Source: Hormiphora californensis (lineage: Eukaryota > Animalia > Ctenophora). Taken from it: 64,000 nt of DNA. Each line of letters starts with the position of its first letter. The first letter of the stretch is position 1. Of the stretch, positions 25,701 through 51,835 are shown piece after piece. Both the position numbers and the translations under genes were made by a program. The notes beneath the pieces were generated by a model. The model saw nothing but the letters and a program-made list of their open reading frames with translations. It made no database searches and was not told where the DNA came from. Where the stretch lies: positions 6,324,001-6,388,000 of the forward strand of contig CM035352.1 of assembly GCA_020137815.1 (NCBI GenBank), written 5' to 3'.

Positions 25701-26203
25701 CCAATGATCTGGCAGTGGGAGATACAGTCTTTCTATTCCTGTTGTGTCATGATTTCACACGCATGAACAAAACAAATCATGCTTCTTTCTTTCCCTCCCT
25801 CTCTCTCTCTCTCTCTCTAGTCGATGCCCCTAGTTACTAAATTCACAGGCTCCCTTCCATCTCCATTCACTCTCGCCCCTATTCAAACCTACATCCCCTC
25901 CCTTGAATTGAGCGAGACACAATGCATTAAAGTGACCCCTCCTACACACTCCTAAATTTGTACCCTAATCTCTCACGTTGTGAATCCAAAACCTAACTAC
26001 CCCCATCTAACTCTCACTTCTTCTCTCTCTCTCTCACTTCTTCTCCAAAACCTTACTACCCCTATCTAACTCTCACTTCTTCTTTCTCTCTCTCAGGGGG
26101 AACTTACTGGGGAGAGAGCGGATGGTTTAAGATGATCAGGGGTGTCAACATGATCGGTGTTGAGGATGCTTGTGATTGGGCCGTCCCCAAAAAGACATGG
26201 TAA
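16708..26203 (+). CDS. CTSZ: Tandem two-domain cathepsin Z/X (papain family C1A), ~12 exons
   Basis: Exons approx. 16708-16783, 16880-17023, 17190-17291, 17461-17631, 22261-22547, 22680-22840, 23038-23173, 23328-23465, 23648-23838, 24212-24362, a degraded one at ~25610-25670, and 26097-26203. Signal peptide; RNQHIPVYCGSCWA occurs twice; HEISIVGWG and RNSWG.YWG. There is one extra G at ~17212. Confidence 0.9.
17932..18904. mobile_element. Tc1/mariner-type MITE, TA TSD, ~165 bp TIRs
   Basis: ta|ccgcgtgggccaataaaaagggagggtc ... gaccctccctttttattggcccacgcgg|ta. Confidence 0.9.
19160..21578 (-). CDS. Nested LDLa-repeat 7TM GPCR (GRL101-like, no LRRs), 3 exons, apparently complete
   Basis: ATG 21578 ([10 protein letters not shown] signal). 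Exons 21578-20203, 20119-19935 (or -19956) and 19791-19160 join in frame. LDLa motifs ([26 protein letters not shown]), TM3 [26 protein letters not shown]7 [11 protein letters not shown]. Confidence 0.88.
21593..21692. mobile_element. ~105 bp dispersed MITE carrying two CCAAT boxes and a GTCACGTGAC palindrome; other copies at 39897-40005 and, partial and reversed, 23856-23914
   Basis: Three homologous copies in the window; TIR caggaacc(g/a)accga / tcggtcggttcctg. Confidence 0.85.
21821..22176. mobile_element. ~350 bp almost fully palindromic foldback MITE
   Basis: ccccatcatggggtagtgggg ... ccccactaccccatgatgggg; arms pair over ~145 bp. Confidence 0.85.
22910..23002. mobile_element. Short pogo/Tigger-like MITE (TA-CAGTC ends); related copy at 54668-54734
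   Basis: tcggaccccgatttaccg ... cggtaaatcgggggtccgactgta; second copy tacagtcaaac...gtttgactgta. Confidence 0.7.
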
Positions 26204-26433
26204 TATGGTAACTAATGGTAACCATAGTAACCAATGCAGTACAGGTAACCATGGTAACGCGAACTCTCCTAAACAAGGGTTTAACGATATGACGTCATAG
26301 CGTGACGTAACAATTTGTATCTTTTGTAAACCTCCAGAACTATTATATTCGAGTGATTTAATTAATCAGACAAAACCAAAAACTAAAAACTGTTTCTTGT
26401 GATTTAATACTAATAATAATATATCTAGTGTTT

Positions 26434-26623
26434 TACAGTGGTGCTACGTCATATATTGGCCGCCCGCACAGCGCCGCCAACGACGCGATCCACAACGTCC
26501 AAGACACGCAAAAAAGCATTCAATGTCAGCTGACTGCGCCTTAGCACGTCGTGGACCGCGTCGCGGGCAACACTTTTTGCCAATATGACGGAGCACCACT
26601 GTAACTATAAATTGTGTGTGTAT
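26434..26623. mobile_element. Tc1-like MITE (ta|cagtgg...ccactg|ta); shorter relative at 57543-57620
   Basis: TIRs cagtggtgctacgtcatat / atatgacggagcaccactg; the internal gcccgcacagcgccgc is shared with the second copy. Confidence 0.85.
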
Positions 26624-26900
26624 TTTGAACTGGATTGCTGCTGCGCAGAGAGGGATTATATATATTGTTTGTGAGTGCTTTTGTTACGGCTTATTATTAC
26701 TAGTAATTTACCCCTTAGATAGCTGTTTTGAATTTGGAGAATTCGGGTAGTAGTTGGAGATTTAAAATGGTTACCATGGGAACTAGGTAGAAGGGTCTGG
26801 GTTCACAGGAAATATAACATTGCTACGTACACATTCAATAAATATTTTTTTGGTCGAAATCGTTCATTTTTAAAATCCTCTCTCTCTTTCCCTCTCGGTC

Positions 26901-28500
26901 CTATTCCCAATTGTAAATTCCCTCATTTGCATTCGTAGGATTATATCGCTCTATTGTTGGTAACTCCGTCGTGCTCCCTTCCTCCTTCTCCTCGTGGTAA
27001 TCAGGGAGATCAGATACAGTGGGTTCAGAATGGAAAGTAGGAACCATCGTTTCAGAAGTAAACATTCCAGGACTTTTGTCCATCACCTCTATCAGAAGAT
27101 CATCTGAGACTTGTCCTTCCGAGTTAGCTGCCGTGCATCTGTACCTGAAGAGAGAGGGGTGGTAAGTTGAAGTGCCTCTGTAAGAGAGTTGTTGTTGAGT
27201 AAGGGGTGAAGAGAGATAAAGAGGGGGTAGTTCGGTGTCTGAAGTTTGCTCGAACATCTCACCCCGTCTGAAGAGGGGACCAGTGTAGCATTTAGCCTGT
27301 GAATGAACGAGAAAAAAGGCAGAACCATGAAGGGAAGTTGGCAAACAGTTCACCCATTAATTAAGTAGAAGAAGAAGATCAGGGCTATTTTATGTTACTA
27401 TTTAGTTCAATTAACATTTACCATCCACTATCACTCTTCAGGACCTTCATAGAGAGACTCACTCTGATAACATCACTTCCTACCTCGTTATCATACTCCC
27501 AATTCTGAAAGTGCAGGGGTGTTATACTGCGAGGGTTGTTAACTGAGAATGGAGACTGGGTGTGAGTTACTGAGCACAGGGTTGTTAACTGAGAATGGAG
27601 ACTGGGTGTGAGTTACTGAGCACAGGGTTGTTCTGAGAATGGAGACTGGGTGTGAGTTACTGAGCACAGGGTTGTTCTGAGAATGGAGACTGGGTGTGAG
27701 TTACTGAGCACAGGGTTGTTCTGAGAATGGAGACTGGGTGTGAGTTACTGAGCACAGGGTTGTTCTGAAAAGTTAAAGTGAGGTGGACTGAACGTAGGGT
27801 GTAAGTTACTGCGAAGGGGTATGGCTTTTGATGAAACGGAATTGAAGGGGAACAGAAGAGAATGAAGTGTCTTCCAGCAGGTCATTTGGAGAGAGAGTTG
27901 TAAGGGGTTTTGCAGGATGCATGATAGAGTCTGGATAGGGTGCGGTACTGACCAAGGAACTAAATTACATATATATTTGGCCCCTCTAAATATATATAAA
28001 ATTTCCGATCGGACACTAAGTCTCATACATATATCCGAAAGTTTATTCAGCTATAATTGGATAACTGGAAGACCCTCCAGAGATATATGTTACGAAGTAG
28101 CCATGATATTCATGAAGGGCCCTCCCGCTGGATATATGTACCTCATATAATAATAGAGATGGGAATTGTGGGAGGGGCATGATATTTATTGCACACACCC
28201 ATTTCCCTCTCCAGCATGGAAGAAACAAGACTGGGCCATTTTGTCTCACAAAGGACCACTCATATCAAATGTTCAACTCACAAGATGTGGGAATATCTCC
28301 ACATGGTTCTCCTCTTCCATCTCCCCCACTTTGACAATCCTGGCCGATGCAGGGGGGTCCGCTCTCACACGACAGAATAGTAACATCCTGTCTCCCTCGA
28401 ACAAGAACTGGTCTGAGCTGAGGTCGATGATCTCTGGTTTGTAGGACCTTGCCAGCACAAATTGGAGAGTGGTGAAGTAGAGTAGCGGGAGAAGGGACAT
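26901..28500 (-). CDS. Secreted single immunoglobulin (I-set-like) domain protein, 3 exons, 181 aa
   Basis: Exons 28500-28282, 27504-27422 and 27144-26901 join in frame (546 nt). Signal peptide, EGDRMLLFCRVRADP ... KSDSGWYRCTAANSEG, then an acidic S/T/P tail; no TM seen. Confidence 0.8.
27533..27769 (-). repeat. 44-47 bp minisatellite (~5 copies) just upstream of the Ig-gene exon-2 acceptor
   Basis: Unit gggttgttctgagaatggagactgggtgtgagttactgagcaca. On the gene strand each copy contains ccattctcag. Confidence 0.9.
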
Positions 28501-28941
28501 GTCTGGGGGTGGTAGTGATGTTAGTTCATGTCAGTAGCTACTATAGTTGATTATAGAAGAAGGGGCTTAGGTCAATGCTCTGGCAGCAACTGTGTCATCC
28601 TGATTTGAGTTGTGGAGTAATAACACGGTTTGAGCATGGAGGATGAGACGACAAGTTTAGCCTGCGGGTGTCATTGGGGTGCCATTGCAAGAGAGGTCTG
28701 AGTGTGACTGTGAGTCCAACAAGTGTTAGGGGTTGCAGTTCGAGGTCTGAGCAAGAAGTGTCAAAACTGAATATAATTCACTGTGCTATCCACCAGACAG
28801 AGGGATAAAGTACCCCACAGAGATAAGACGGTCTTATCAGGGAAGTCTTAGGCAACCGCAAGGCTTCTTAGGAAATTCATAGATCGTCCCTCTTCGGCGG
28901 CCTTAACACAGCTCATATTGAGAGAGTGAGAGAGAGAAAGA

Positions 28942-29059
<118 letters not shown>

Positions 29060-29986
29060 TGGAGCGATCATGGGGGAGTTAATCTAATCATTGTCGCATA
29101 TTAAAGTAGCATATTGATATACCATGGGCATAGCTAGACGAGATATTCATACGGTGGAGCAATATACCAGTAATAAAATACCAGGGAGCTATATAATCGC
29201 AGTGGCCGGTGGGTTGGTTGAGGGAGGGGAGATATATATCTATTATAATAGAGAGAGAGAGAGAGGGAGGGAGAGACCAGTTGTATGAGAAATACATCTC
29301 AGATGTTATAAGAGAGACAAGCTAGTGGAGAGAGGAGCAACTACCATGGCTTTATTTATTAGTTAAAAGCATGGCAAAGTGTTTTATGCTAAGAGTTCAT
29401 GGTCTGTGGGTTGACCTTCAACATGTATAACATCTAGCCGGTTCAGGAAATTAGTTATAAAGTTAAACATATATCATAGCAACATCAGCAGACGCTATGT
29501 GAATTATAATGTGGCGGCCCAGTACTACTGGCGGCTCAGTACTACTGGAAGTAGGCTGCAGAATAATATGTGTGCTAGTGGAATCGTGGTATGTGAGTGT
29601 CTCCGGGGGACAACTATAAATGTGAAAGGCCGTGAATCTCTCACTGACAGCCCGCTGTTTTTACTGCTCATTTCCAGTGTCACTTTTATTGTCTTGAAGG
29701 GAACTGGAAGACCCTGAAGTCATCAAGGAACTGTACGAGTAGGATGATCTAAAGTAGTAATATGCTCCTCCAAGTATTGTGTGAGTATATTGGCATATTG
29801 GTTTAGGATTTGTTGAGTAAGATGTGGTCACTTAATATAGGTCCGGAGTCATGGTGATATATTATGAGAGTTCATAAATTGTATCACTACTCATATATAT
29901 AATTATATAGGTTTTATGCCAGGCTATGGGGGCACAAAACAGAGAGAAGAGAGGATAAGCGGCACTTTTCTAGGTATTAATAATAC

Positions 29987-30069
29987 CGTTTTCTCCCAGA
30001 CAAATCTTCGGCTCCAATCCTATAACATTATTATAGGATTGGAGCCGAAGATTTGTCTGGGAGAAAACG
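29987..30069. repeat. Perfect hairpin, ~39 bp arms (miniature palindromic element)
   Basis: cgttttctcccagacaaatcttcggctccaatcctataa-catta-ttataggattggagccgaagatttgtctgggagaaaacg. Confidence 0.9.
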
Positions 30070-31952
30070 AGCTAGCAAGTCACGGAAAGACCCCATTTCA
30101 AATTGTCTCACAAAAGACTGCACTCTCCACCGAACCGTGCCAGCTCGTTCAGTCGTCACAAACTTCGAACTGCCACCGTAAATAGGAAGTGGTGGGCAAA
30201 CTTGAAACTGCACAATGATCTTTGCACTGCATCTGCAAAGTGCTGGGCGTAGTAAAGGTGTTTCCCTGAAGAACACGTCACACAAAAAGAGAGGTCGGAC
30301 AAGAGAGATGTCGGACAAGTGACAGCTGCTAGTAGTGGTTTCACAAGAAAGAGGGCGAATGTCGACTGCATTGATAGAGAGACCTCTGCAGGACCTAACA
30401 GTGCAGGGAGGAAGCCCTTAATCCTCACCCCTTCCCTGCTAGTCCTACTAGTGAGTAGTGAGCATCTCTCTCTCCCTTCCCTTTTACTAGTGGCCCACTA
30501 TTATATCTCTCCTATTCACCCTCCCATTGCGGTTTGAGCATAAAATGTCACCTTTGGAAGATTTCCAATGCATGTGAATTGGGTCAAGTTTAGGAACTTT
30601 ATAAGGACGGGCTGAAATCTCACACTCTAAGGGATCGCCACACACCTCACCCTTTACTCATTCATCCAAAGAGTGTAGGGTGGGTTGATGATCGGTCCAC
30701 TTCCAGGGTTATAATCATTGAGCAAGGAATATCCTAGGATAAGGATTTCTAACTATAGGGGAGTTCACAAAACGAAGGGTTCTGGGATTGCAAGGTTCGA
30801 AAATAACGCGGAAAATCGGATTTTGGGCACTCGCACAGGAAGGGTGGCATATGGTGTGAGTTGTGACATATTAGAATCCTCTTTTTCTCCCCCTCTTTCT
30901 CTCTCAATAGATAAATATAACGAGGGAGAGGGATAAATGATGGATAGTTGAGTAGCTAGGACACAGAGTTGCAATGAAATAATCGAATTTAATAAAAACA
31001 GCACAAAATATTTAACAGCGCTACAGCTAGCTCTGGGTCACTAAAAACAATAAAACAATCGGATCGTGGTGCCAAGTGCTCCTAGTCCAACAACAACACA
31101 AGATGATAACATCATATCGTTTCTTCATCACTCACTCAATTTCATTCTCTCTTTTCTCTATATCTCTCTGATCTCTCTCAGTCTCTCTGATTCTCTATCG
31201 GAGTTCGTTGTTGGACATTAGCAAATCCGGACAGTGACTTGCAGGGAGGAGCGGGATTAAATAGCGACCTTGAGACTACATCCTGTATCTCAACTCAGAG
31301 TATCTACCTCTCTCTCTCTTCCCCTTTCTCTCTACGCAGTTGTAGAGTCATTTTTCTCCCTATCTTTCTCTTTTCTGGGTCGGCAACTCCCTTTATATAT
31401 TTACTCTCTCTCTCTCTCTCTCTCTCTCTCTAACAGTGTGTGTGTGTCTCTACCTATGTATCTCTCTTTCGCTCTCTCTCTCTCTCTCTCTAGAGTTGGA
31501 GAGTAACTTTCTCGTTCTTTCTCTGTCTCGACCAAATCCGTCAAATATCCGATCTAGCAAGCGAGATTATTCACGGCACCAAATATTATCTCCCTTTATT
31601 CTTCTCTCTCCTTCTCTGATCTGCCTCGCGTTTTTTCTTCTCTCTCTAACTCCCTCTCCATCTGTCTCTCCCCCCGCATTTTATGACAGTACCCTACTAG
31701 TCTCCTTCAGGACTGCTGCTATAGCTCGACAAGTTAATTCTGTTAGGTCGTCATTAGCTCCTCTTGATAACACTCTCACACCCTCCCTCTCTCTCACACT
31801 CACTGTCGTCCTCTCTCTCTCTTTCCCTCACAACATCCCTAATGACATCTTCTCTCTCGTCCAATCCGCCCTCTAGCCCCGGTTTAATCCACCTCTGCGA
31901 TCACCTCACTAGATGTAATGGTTATCACTCTATTATATAATATCTTTACAAT

Positions 31953-45661
<13,709 letters not shown>

Positions 45662-46039
45662 CACGACGTCCTACAGAATGGAAAAATAGACTTAAAAATA
45701 GACACATCAAGAAGTTTAAATAGGCAAGCAAACTCTGGTTATGTAATCTGAGAGGTTAAAACTTGCAGCGCGGGATAAGGCAGCGCTTTTCAAATTTCAA
45801 ACGCTTTTGAAGTTCAGACGAAGTTCGAAAAAACAAACCAAAAAGTTTTTTATGAACAAATTTAAACATAGAACTTACTGTGCAGCGCAGTTATTTATTT
45901 ATAGCGCGTGCTTGTTTATTTAACGCCGCGCCAAATAAAACACTTACACCTCAAAATTGGAACTTAAAAAATTTGGCTCTTTAAAGTCGGATTTTTTGAA
46001 ACTGTCACCCCCCCTGAAATAACAAAATTTGTCATATCT

Positions 46040-46143
46040 CCGGTTCCTGATAAGATAGAGACTTGAAATTTGGAGGTTCGGAAGAACTTAGCAAGATCTT
46101 CGTAACCTCCAAATTTCAAGTCTCTATCTCATCAGGAACCGGA
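46040..46143. repeat. Imperfect ~100 bp hairpin (MITE core), related to the interior of the 7272-7721 element
   Basis: ccggttcctgataagatagagacttgaaatttggaggtt ... aacctccaaatttcaagtctctatctcatcaggaaccgg. Confidence 0.75.
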
Positions 46144-46189
46144 CTTATGGTCATTTAAAGAAATTTGAAAACTCTATGGATCAAAGGGG

Positions 46190-48850
46190 AGACGAGGAGT
46201 TACTGAAATGCGGAAGAAACTCCATTTCCTTCCAGTTGAGCAAAGAATTCAGTTCAAAATTTGCCTCTTGGTCTACAAATGTCTACATGGACTTGTGCCT
46301 GAGTATCTTTCGGACATGATTACACGCAGACAGCGAAAGTCTAGAAAAGTACGTCTCGATGAGGACATGACCCTATTAGAAAAACGCCATGACACCAAAT
46401 ATCTTACCACTCAGAAGGCGTTCAGCGTTTGCGGCCCTAAATTATGGAACAAACTACCAAAGAATCTAAGAGAAGCAACATCCCTTGAAACTTTTAAGAA
46501 AATGTTGAAGTCCCATCTTTTCACCGTTGCCTATCCAGATAATAAAGCAGTGACTCAGCCACGTACGACTAAGACCAAGATTCTTAATCCCTCCTGCCCT
46601 TAGTACCTTCTAACTCAGGGGCCTCTCTCTCTCTCTCTCTCTCTCTCTGTGTTTCAAGGCGCTGACGGGGGCCATGATGCGTTTGCAACGTGAGGCGCTG
46701 ACAAGGGCCATGATAGGTTTACAAGTCATATTTCTCCTAAAAATTTGGACTCCAAGTCCACTCTCAGACTTTTGGGTTAGGGGGTCTGATATCATGTCAA
46801 GAGTGTCGAGTTTTTTGAGTATATTTTCTGGTTGTATTGTGACAGTGTGTGTTGAGTTTCTTTCCTTTCTGGCTAGAGTAGAGTCATAGGTTCTTTGAGC
46901 GAGCGAGTGAGCCAGCCTGAACAATGTTCAGTGAACATCACGGAGGGTATTACGTTCTCGAAGACATCAAGACGATAAACATACATGGACTTTATACGAG
47001 TGTGTTTGGAGAATAGACTCTAGAGTTTCTAAGTTGGGCAGCTCTTAATTTTATATCTTCTCTATCCTAGTTACCTTAAAATTACTTTAAATTAGAACCT
47101 AAATATTAGGTTGTCCCAGAAATAATGTCATGTCCCGATTTCTCCAACTTAGCCCACCGCTTTCAATTTGAAACTTTTATAGCTTGTTCATTTAACCCTT
47201 GACTCTATAAAACAAGTGTTTGTTTTGAAAAAGTTGGTTTTTGACGCACCCTGGTGAACCCGGAAACAAGCGAGGTAAAATTTCTGCTGAACGAAAAATA
47301 TGCGCATGTTAAAAACACTGCTGTACTTTTTCAGATAAGTATCTGTAAGATATTTGACTACAGCATTCTTGTTTATTGGACAATTTTCTATCGTTTGAGT
47401 GGTAGATGAAGACACAGGTCCTACTCGTTGCTGAGCTATGGAGCTCCAAAAAACTTTGGCCAAAATCAGAAATTTTCACTTCCGGGTCACTCCAGGCATC
47501 AGTGGATTGACTTACAAGAATTATTTTAACAGCTTTTATTAGTCCCAACTAAGCTCTTAGCCTTGAAGATGCTGAATGTTTGATTTGGTAAGGTTTTGAT
47601 TTGAAAATTTGAAGTTTTTGAAAGTAGCCATAAAACAGGTCAAAATTTAGGGTAAATTTGTGGACTTTTTCGCTTTTTTGCGGCGTATAAGCTTTGCCTG
47701 ACGCTTTCACAGGTTGCGTCGAGACTTAAATCGCACAGATGCATAAACTGTGGACGATGGGCTATCTTTTGGTGCCATTTGGAATTCTGAAAACTCAAAT
47801 GGCCTTTCTCCAGCGACGTTTTAAGAAATGCAAAACTCCCGTTCAGCGGCAACCCGACTTAGGGTATCACAATACCCAATTATGGGCAGGTGAAAACCTC
47901 ATTCGAGATTCAAGACACGTTCCTCAGCTAAGGATCGTCTAATTGATAAGATAGGACCGGTTAGAACTCTCTAACTCATGTATTTCTTCAAAATATCGGT
48001 ACATGACATTATTTCTGGGACAACCTAATACTTACGTCTAGTACAGTTATCTATCTTACAGCTTACTATAATTAGCTTAACGTTTTTATCGTACATTAAA
48101 TTTTAAACCCAACCGCATTAATTAACTTATTCTGACTGGCCATTGCACTGGTCTCCTGCCTTTTTATTTTTTTACCGCTCCAATTAATTAATTTATTAAC
48201 AGCTTTGTATTTAACCTATCTGACTGACCTCTGGTCTCTTGCTTTTTATTTTTCTACCTCGTTATTCATTAATTTATTACCAGCTTCTTTAGAATTTTCC
48301 ATAGGCCATTTATTAGATCATAACCTTATATAGCAATTAATATGGTTAGTGTGTATTACCTTATCGGTTATCCTGTTACAGTTACTTTATCCATTAACTA
48401 ATTACTTAGCTATTCGCCTCCTTTTTAGATCACTAGCCTTTTACTTGAATTAATTATTAAACTATACTACTTACTTAGTATTTACACTATGTACTTATTA
48501 ATCAACAGTTAATTATCTAACTAGTTAATTATCTAACTAGATAATTATCAATTATCTAACTAGTTAATTTCTCAATTATCTAACTACTTAATCACTCAAC
48601 GAATTAATTACGCTATTTCTTTATTAGATATTTTATAACCCTTATTTTCTACATACATTTATATATATTATATCGAATGACTGCCGACGGTTTTTTAAGG
48701 CCTTTAGGATCTTATAATCCTATAAGAGCCGCTTTAGAAGGCTTGTTAGTGGTGGGTGCGTTGCTTCAATCGACTGATTGAAACGGCGTCCTCCTAGCAC
48801 TAACAATGCATAGGCCCAAAAGCGGGATATAAATTATAATTGTATTTGTA
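46190..48850 (+). mobile_element. 5'-truncated L2/CR1-group LINE remnant: ORF2 C-terminus plus probable AT-rich 3' UTR; a second tail lies at ~49360-49522
   Basis: LHFLPVEQRIQFKICLLVYKCLHG..P.YL ... AFSVCGPKLWN.LP..LR...SL..FKK.LK.HLF is the typical L2-group ORF2 tail. Two similar ends (gcgggatataaat), one followed by (att)n. The 3' extent is inferred. Confidence 0.7.
47106..48028. mobile_element. Mariner-like non-autonomous element, TA TSD
   Basis: ta|ttaggttgtcccagaaataatgtcatgt ... acatgacattatttctgggacaacctaa|ta. Confidence 0.92.
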
Positions 48851-49924
48851 TTTTGACTTTATATGTGCTAATAAAGACAAGACAAGCTAAAGACAAGACT
48901 TAAACGATCACAATCACATCACTTCATTATTTATAAAGCTACAACTTATTCTAAGTTCTAACTTATTCTTTTTAATCAACTAATTTATTGTTTTTAATCA
49001 TCCAATTAATATGTTGTTCCAATCAACGCTCTGTATTATTTAATCTGACTCAAGCTACCTAGCTGTTATCATCTATTTTTTTGTATTCGCCTTAATTTTT
49101 AACCTTAGAAACTGCCTTTCCACTTCATCTACCTTACTCACCATTTTCAACTTTTTCCACTTCCCTCACACTTCCACTTCCCTCACACTGTTTTAAACTT
49201 AGCTCCATCTTAATTCTGACTAACTAACAATATTACAATTATCTATCTTTCTTTCTTTTTTTCATACTATCACATATGTTTTTATACTACTTCTACTGAT
49301 TAAACTTTCTTTCTTCATTTTTATTTCTTGTTATCAAAATAGCTTAAATGGCATTTCTCTGGCTCTGAGAAGGCCGCTATAGACGCGGTGTTAGTTTTAA
49401 CAGTAATCTCGATGTTCTTTAAGTATATCTTTTAGTTCTAGTACAAACGAGTAGTGAACTAGCATATTTAACGCATTATAGCGGGATATAAATATTCGAT
49501 ATTATTATTATTATTATTATTAAAAAACGACAGTTATTTAAAATCAGACTATACTACTTTGAATTCTTAAAATTTCGTTCGGGCCTTGAAAAGCGCTGCC
49601 TTATCCCTCCTGTAGCGTTTGCCAAAAAGGCAGAGGCCATACAAGGGTCAGGGACACGCTGAGCCAGATGCCCCTTAAAAGCGTCCCACTATCCCGGGTC
49701 GCGTGGCGCAGATTCTGTCCACAGAGGCTCTGGCAGCCGGCAGAATCGCTGCCAGATCTGACCACACGTGACACGACACGAAGGCTGAGACAGTCCAAAC
49801 TTTGGAATCCCAAGGAAATTTCCTAAGAGAATCCAGGGAATGTGCGAAATAAACTATTGGGACCGCCTGAAAAGACTTGGGAGTTGGGATCCTTTGACTC
49901 CAAAGAAGTCAGATTTCAGAAGAC

Positions 49925-50270
49925 GTCCTTTTGGGGACAAGAAACCCATTGATTATCAAAGGTATTTTTCACTTGGGAGAGTGTTTCATAGTAATCTCGG
50001 GTCGCTCTAGAAGTGAAATAGTTGTACAATTTCGATAATCGATTGTGTGGATAGTGGAGCATGGTGGCACCTCCACTCGTAATAGTCAGAGTCCGTAATT
50101 TTGGTAAATACGGATCCTGATGGCCAATATTGTGCTTCACCGTTTGCCATTTTCCAGGTCATGATGAAGTAACGTTCTCGTCTTCCCAAGTGAAAAATAC
50201 CTTTGATAATCAATATGAGAAAGGAACATTGATAATCAATGGGTTTCTTCTTCTCCCCAAAAGGACCTCA
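49925..50270. mobile_element. Degenerate inverted-repeat element directly upstream of HEN1
   Basis: gtccttttgggga..agaaacccattgattatcaaaggtatttttcacttggga pairs with tcccaagtgaaaaatacctttgataatcaat ... gggtttct..tccccaaaaggac. Confidence 0.65.
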
Positions 50271-50309
50271 TTTTATAATCCAGTGTCGTATTGTTTAGTG
50301 ATAGGTGTG

Positions 50310-51618
50310 ATGCCCAATGATTCAAGATACGCGGATGCTGAAGATGAAGATGACTACCAAAGGTACATTTGGAGTGCCCCACTTTAAAATCGTTTGGGCA
50401 GGGTGTTTTCGATTGTTTAAAATTTGATTTATGTCACCCAATGAAACATTGTCAGGGCTCGGTTAGCAAACATCCAGTATTCAAAAGAAGTTGAAGGTTC
50501 GGATACGGTTAAATTTGATCCCCCACTTTACCTCCAACGATATAGTAAGGTCAGTTTCACACATTTTCCTGCAGTTCTCATTTCTTTCTATTCACACACA
50601 TTCCTTTCAGGTAGTTGAGATTTGTAGAGATCTTGGTGTGACGAGCGTTGCAGACCTCGGCTGTGCAGAATTAACTCTGTTTCAGTACTTCAAAAACATG
50701 GACACCATCACCCGAGTTGTCTCAGTGGATTTAGATAAACAACTTCTTGAGGCGAACGCCCGAAAGACTCGGCCTCTCATGCTAGATCATATGTCTCGTA
50801 GAGAAAAACCTCTGGATGTTTCTGTCCTGTGTGGCAGTGCTACTGAGTTTGATGCCAGAGTGGCGGAGGTGGAGTGTGTCTGTGCTATTGAACTAATTGA
50901 ACATCTTCCCATTGCCCAAGTTGATGATTTTACAGCGAACATCTTCCAGCGGCTACTGCCCAAATACGCTGTTATCAGTACCCCCAACAAGGACTTCAAT
51001 GTTTTGTTTAATTTTGTGCAAGGTCAGGTGCGTCACTGGGACCACAAGTTCGAGTGGACAAGAGAGGAATTTGTGCGGTGGTGTGAGGGCGTGAGAGAGA
51101 AGTATGGGTACTCCTACACTCTGACTGGGGTGGGAGAATATGAGGAGGATAACAGTTTTGGCTACTGTTCACAGTTCGCTATATTCACTCGAAATGAGAG
51201 TTTCCCTGTCTCTAAAATGGACACTTCACAACAGCCTTACGAGGAGGTTTACTCTGTAGAATATCCTGTACGTGATCCATCAGATACACCCGATAGGAGA
51301 CTAACCCACGAGCTGCTGTACATTGTAACCCATGCTGGGATGGAGAGATGGGATGAGGAGGGGGAGGAGGAGAGTTGCGTTGCAATATCCCATCTCCAGA
51401 CATTTCCTGCCGTTCAGCAGTATGAAGTTAGTGATGAACACATAGCAAGATTAGTTGAGCTGCATTGTGAGGGGGAGGGCTGTGAAGATACAATGAGTTT
51501 ATCAGAGGACAGGGGGAGTATTGTTGTGAGGAATGTTCCTCCCTCACCCAGTGCTGAGAAAAGTGACAGTAGCTCTGTAAGAAGTGTAGTTGAAATAGAT
51601 GAGGAGGAGGTTTGGTGA
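50310..51618 (+). CDS. HENMT1: Small RNA 2'-O-methyltransferase, 3 exons, 384 aa
   Basis: Exons 50310-50362, 50456-50549 and 50611-51618 join in frame. KFDPPLYLQRY, VADLGCAE, IELIEHL, ISTPN.DFN, RHWDHKFEWTR.EF, GYCSQ. Confidence 0.96.
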
Positions 51619-51835
51619 GAATACAAATGATTGTGCGAGATTTTTAATTATATAGCATCTAATTTTATTCGCTGTCAGATATTTAATTTTAGCAATTTAC
51701 CACCACACATTTTTAACGATTCTTTATCTATTGCTTCCCTATATTTTCTATGTGTTTTATTCTCTCCTAAGTACCTTTCCTATCATAATGGCTAATACCA
51801 ACTACCTTTTAAACTCTTGTCTCAGGTTAACTGAC

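Noticed and set aside
50491-50610. ORF-track starts for HEN1, DXO (51731), the phosphatase (53636) and ATP13A (60591)
   Set aside because: They read through intron or outron sequence; the spliced models restore the conserved motifs.
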